64,000 nucleotides of DNA from the NCBI GenBank assembly GCA_013239625.1, contig MU053629.1:3685567-3749566 (forward strand), in the 5' to 3' direction. Below, piece after piece: positions 61,005 through 64,000 of this stretch (positions are counted from its first letter, which is position 1; the number at the start of each line of letters is the position of its first letter). Origin of the DNA: Lama guanicoe (taxonomy: Eukaryota). The notes under the pieces were generated by a model, which was not told the origin of the DNA, searched no databases, and saw nothing but the letters and a program-made list of their open reading frames with translations. Made by a program: the position numbers and the translations under genes.

Positions 61005-63077
61005 TTTTATTTTTTAAATACTACGTAAATTTTAATCATGCACATACAATGCAAAAATATTTCCCTTTAATAAGCATTGTGAATATCTTACTTAACGGGA
61101 AGTAACGAAAATGTTTAACAGCGCAGCAGATAAATTTTTCGCATTTATTTTTTAGATCATATACTTCTTCAAAACCTTCACATATTCTTGACGTGCTTTC
61201 AAAACCAGATCTTGACTTAGACTTGACTCGTCCGTAGATCCAAGAGAAAGTCTGTAGGACTCAGAGTGGAGTTCAGTAGTAGCTTCTTTTACATCTCAGC
61301 TATATTATTTTCCAGCTTCTGCATCCTGAACAAGTAGTCGCCCGTGCTAGCTGAAGAAATCCTTTTGGGCTCTAAGCTATTATTAAAATTTTCAGCGGAA
61401 GGTGGCTGAAAATCCTTTTGGGCTCTAAGCTATTATTAAAATTTTCAGCGGAAGGTGGCCCGTCAACAGGCCTTGTAGGAACAGTGCTGATGGGAAAGAA
61501 CTCTTGTGCTGTTTCTCCATCTGAAGTTCAGTGTTCATCTCTGCCAGCCTCTTGTTAGCCGAGTTTTGCTGACTTGCCAATTGCGTTCTGTTTTCTAGCT
61601 CTTCCAGGTGCAGTTGTCTGTATTTTTCTAATTCTTTTTTGTTAGAATTGAACTGCAGAGGTTTACTTCTGGGGAGTTCAGATTCCAGATATTTAATTTT
61701 GTGTTCCATTTGACTTCCTGTTGAAGCATTTTTATTCTCTCTCAAGTTTTCTTGAGATGGTGCTTGTACCTGTAAAAACTGGCTGATTCCTTTCCATTTT
61801 TCTACTACGTCCTGTCTTGCTCGCTCTTCAGTCTCCCGTTTGTTCTGCTGCACTTGACTGCGTTCCACGGTATTCATTTCTAGGTGACATTTGAGGTTCA
61901 CTACTTCTTCCAACTTCTTTTTCTCCTCCTCTAGTTTTTCACATTTGTTTTGCATCTCTTGCATAGACAATAACTCCTTTAGAAGAAGTTGAGTTTCTGC
62001 ATTCAGATGGAAAAATACTGAAGATGTAGATTCCAGTTTTGCTATAAGATCAGCATTTTCATTTGCAGTTTGATGTAATTTCCTCTCTAAATCCTGTGTC
62101 TCATTTTCTAAAGGAGTCTGATGATGCGCTGTCACCTCCAGGGAGGCCTTCGACATGGGCTGTTTCTTTCGGGTGTCAGTCAGTCCTTGCTGAAGCTGTC
62201 TCACACAGGCCTGGCTCGGTTTATGCCTTAAGCTCTTCAGTTCGAATTCTAGTGCTCGGACTTGCTGTTTCAGGTGAACTTGTTCATTGTATTGTTTGTC
62301 TTTTCTTTTTAAGTCACCCTTTTTTTTCATAGACTATATCAGCAATTTTTTTTCTTTCCTGTTTCTTGTTTTAATGTGAATCTCACACTGCAGAGCTCTC
62401 GTTCCCACTCCACATTTTGACATTCTGTGAATTCATTTCCCTTGTTTCCAACAGCTCTTTTTGTAGCCTGTTAACTTTATTTTCCATTTTTAAAATTTTT
62501 TCTTCTAAGTAGTTCACAGTTGATTTCTTTAGGTTCTGTTAATCTTCTGAATAAATGAACTGCATCCTTAATTTTCAATAAGTTAACAGTCTTTACACTC
62601 CAGGCCAAGTTGTTTGATTAGCAACAGGATATTCTTATACTTCGAGTAAAGCGACTCGCAATCCTCGGAAGCTGTTTCCGGTGACAGAGTTAAGTCATCA
62701 GGGTCATCCACAGAACTAATCTGCTCTTTGACCTTGTCCTTTTTAGTAGATGTTTTCTTTTGAAGACCTGCCACGACCTTGATCTCCTTCACTTAAACTG
62801 CTGTTGTCATTCATGTGTAGGAGACCACCAGCCAGTGAGGCAGTCTTCGCAAATACACGTGAAGTCACAGATGCTTTTAATGTCCGTTTTCCACTTTCCT
62901 TCTTTACTTCCTTCATATGCAAGCTATCAGAATCTCCTTTCTGCAGAGCAGGAAACTGATGGTCATTAGTTTTTCCCCTCTTCCTCTGGTGAGTTAATCC
63001 TTTATCATAACTGCATCACACATGGTTTCTGATCCTTTCAGTTCACTACTTTTGTTCCTGTTCTCTTCTACTTCAAC
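61004..63077 (-). pseudogene. Intronless ANKRD26-like processed copy (C-terminal coiled-coil region, no ankyrin repeats) with frameshifts and stops; longest ORF 62330-61425 (301 aa)
   Basis: The peptides KVKEQISSVDDPDDLTLSPETASEDCESLYSKYKNILLLIKQLGLECKD, VRQLQQGLTDTRKKQPMSKASLEVT, ELEKYRQLHLEELE and the terminal LGSTDESSLSQDLVLKARQEYVKVLKKYMI* (stop 61154-61152) resemble ANKRD26. There are no introns, and an A-rich tail and TSD are present. Confidence 0.88.
61357..61459. repeat. Tandem duplication, 53-bp period (50 identical nt x2)
   Basis: AAATCCTTTTGGGCTCTAAGCTATTATTAAAATTTTCAGCGGAAGGTGGC occurs at 61357-61406 and 61410-61459. Confidence 0.95.
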
Positions 63078-63245
63078 CAGATTTTTGGTGTCTTTGTCTT
63101 CCAAAGAGGGTGATGTTCTTTCTGTCGGAGTTGGGCAGGTGCTCTGGTTGGCTGAGTGGGTCCGTAGATGTGAGTTTTGGTGTATTTGTGGGAGAGGGTG
63201 AGCTACGAGTGTCCTTCTACTTCGCCATCTTGCTTCCTTATCGTC
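63078..63245 (-). mobile_element. L1 5' UTR-like leader (168 nt) forming the 5' end of the ANKRD26-like retrocopy
   Basis: The minus strand reads GACGATAAGGAAGCAAGATGGCGAAGTAGAAGGACACTCGTAGCTCACCCTCTCCCACAAATACACC...AAAAATCTG. The YY1 motif CAAGATGGCG lies about 14 nt from the 5' end, as in full-length mammalian L1 starts (recalled, not searched). Confidence 0.75.
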
Positions 63246-63262
63246 TGTAATACCTGCTTTTA
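63246..63262. repeat. Target-site duplication, copy at the 5' end of the insert (TGTAATACCTGCTTTTA)
   Basis: Identical to 60988-61004. The minus strand reads CT/AAAAG, an L1 endonuclease-like site. Confidence 0.93.
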
Positions 63263-64000
63263 GGTTTTGTGCCAGACACCCCTCGGTTACCGACACAGGT
63301 AAGGCCCAGGTCTCACTCTCATGGAGCTCTTGGGCTCAACAGTAAATTCTACATCATGTCTTTCCATTAAACTTAGTTTAGTTTAATGGAACATATATCT
63401 TTAATATTGCTTGATTTTTTAGGTTGGCGAGGGAACAGTGGTGTAATGGCCTATAAAAACAGATGCACTGGTAGGACTGGCATTTTCCGCCTCTGATATC
63501 ACATTAAAGATGAATTTGTTAAAACAGGAAGTGTATTTCTCTGGCCTTATATAGCGAGAAAGACAAAATCCAAAGAAACAAATGATGTGCGTTGGCATTT
63601 CTTGATGCATGATTACAGCCTGGTCATTCTATACCTCTGATCTTTTTAGATCCTGTTGCATGAGAAATGCCTTCTGTGAGAGCAGGGACCTTGTTTTGTT
63701 TATTGCTGTGTCCCCAGGGCTTAAAACACCCCTGAGCTAAACAGTGACTGCTTAATAATTACTTGTGGGATGAATGAATGTAATATATGGCGGGGTTCTT
63801 TGATTTTCCTTTGTTCCATTTGGTATAATGGTTGAATTTCCCCCTCCTTCCAACAAAGCCCACTTTGTATAACACAGGAGTAGATTTATAAAGTTACAGT
63901 ATGATTCAGAAAGGATCAAACTAAAATAGATAAAATACTTCTTTTTCATAGTAAATTTTTAAAAAATATTTTAAATGCTGATAGCAATTTGACATTGCTT

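Noticed and set aside
63300..64000. Next upstream LCTL exon
   Set aside because: No glycoside hydrolase family 1-like peptide with suitable splice sites was found. The region looks intronic with an L2-like relic.

Overview
Mammalian genomic DNA, very probably a camelid, judging by eight copies of a tRNA-Ala-derived vic-1-type SINE. The conserved gene block is MAP2K1 (+, last six coding exons), SNAPC5 (-), RPL4 (-, hosting SNORD18A/B/C and SNORD16), ZWILCH (+, 18 coding exons, head-to-head with RPL4) and LCTL (-, last coding exon only). Exon boundaries were read by hand from splice signals and reading-frame continuity. Gene and repeat names come from recalled orthologue and consensus sequences, not from a database search. 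Main points: (1) A 2.24-kb insertion in the LCTL last intron has an exact 16-17 bp target-site duplication and consists of an L1-like 5' leader joined to an intronless, exon-skipped ANKRD26-like mRNA, which suggests a retrotransposed L1-promoter chimeric transcript that may belong to a non-autonomous family. (2) ZWILCH exon 16 has an in-frame TGA at a normally Cys codon. (3) The RPL4 C-terminal tail has a five-copy KKPAAD coding repeat. (4) SNORD16 sits in a U12-type intron of RPL4.
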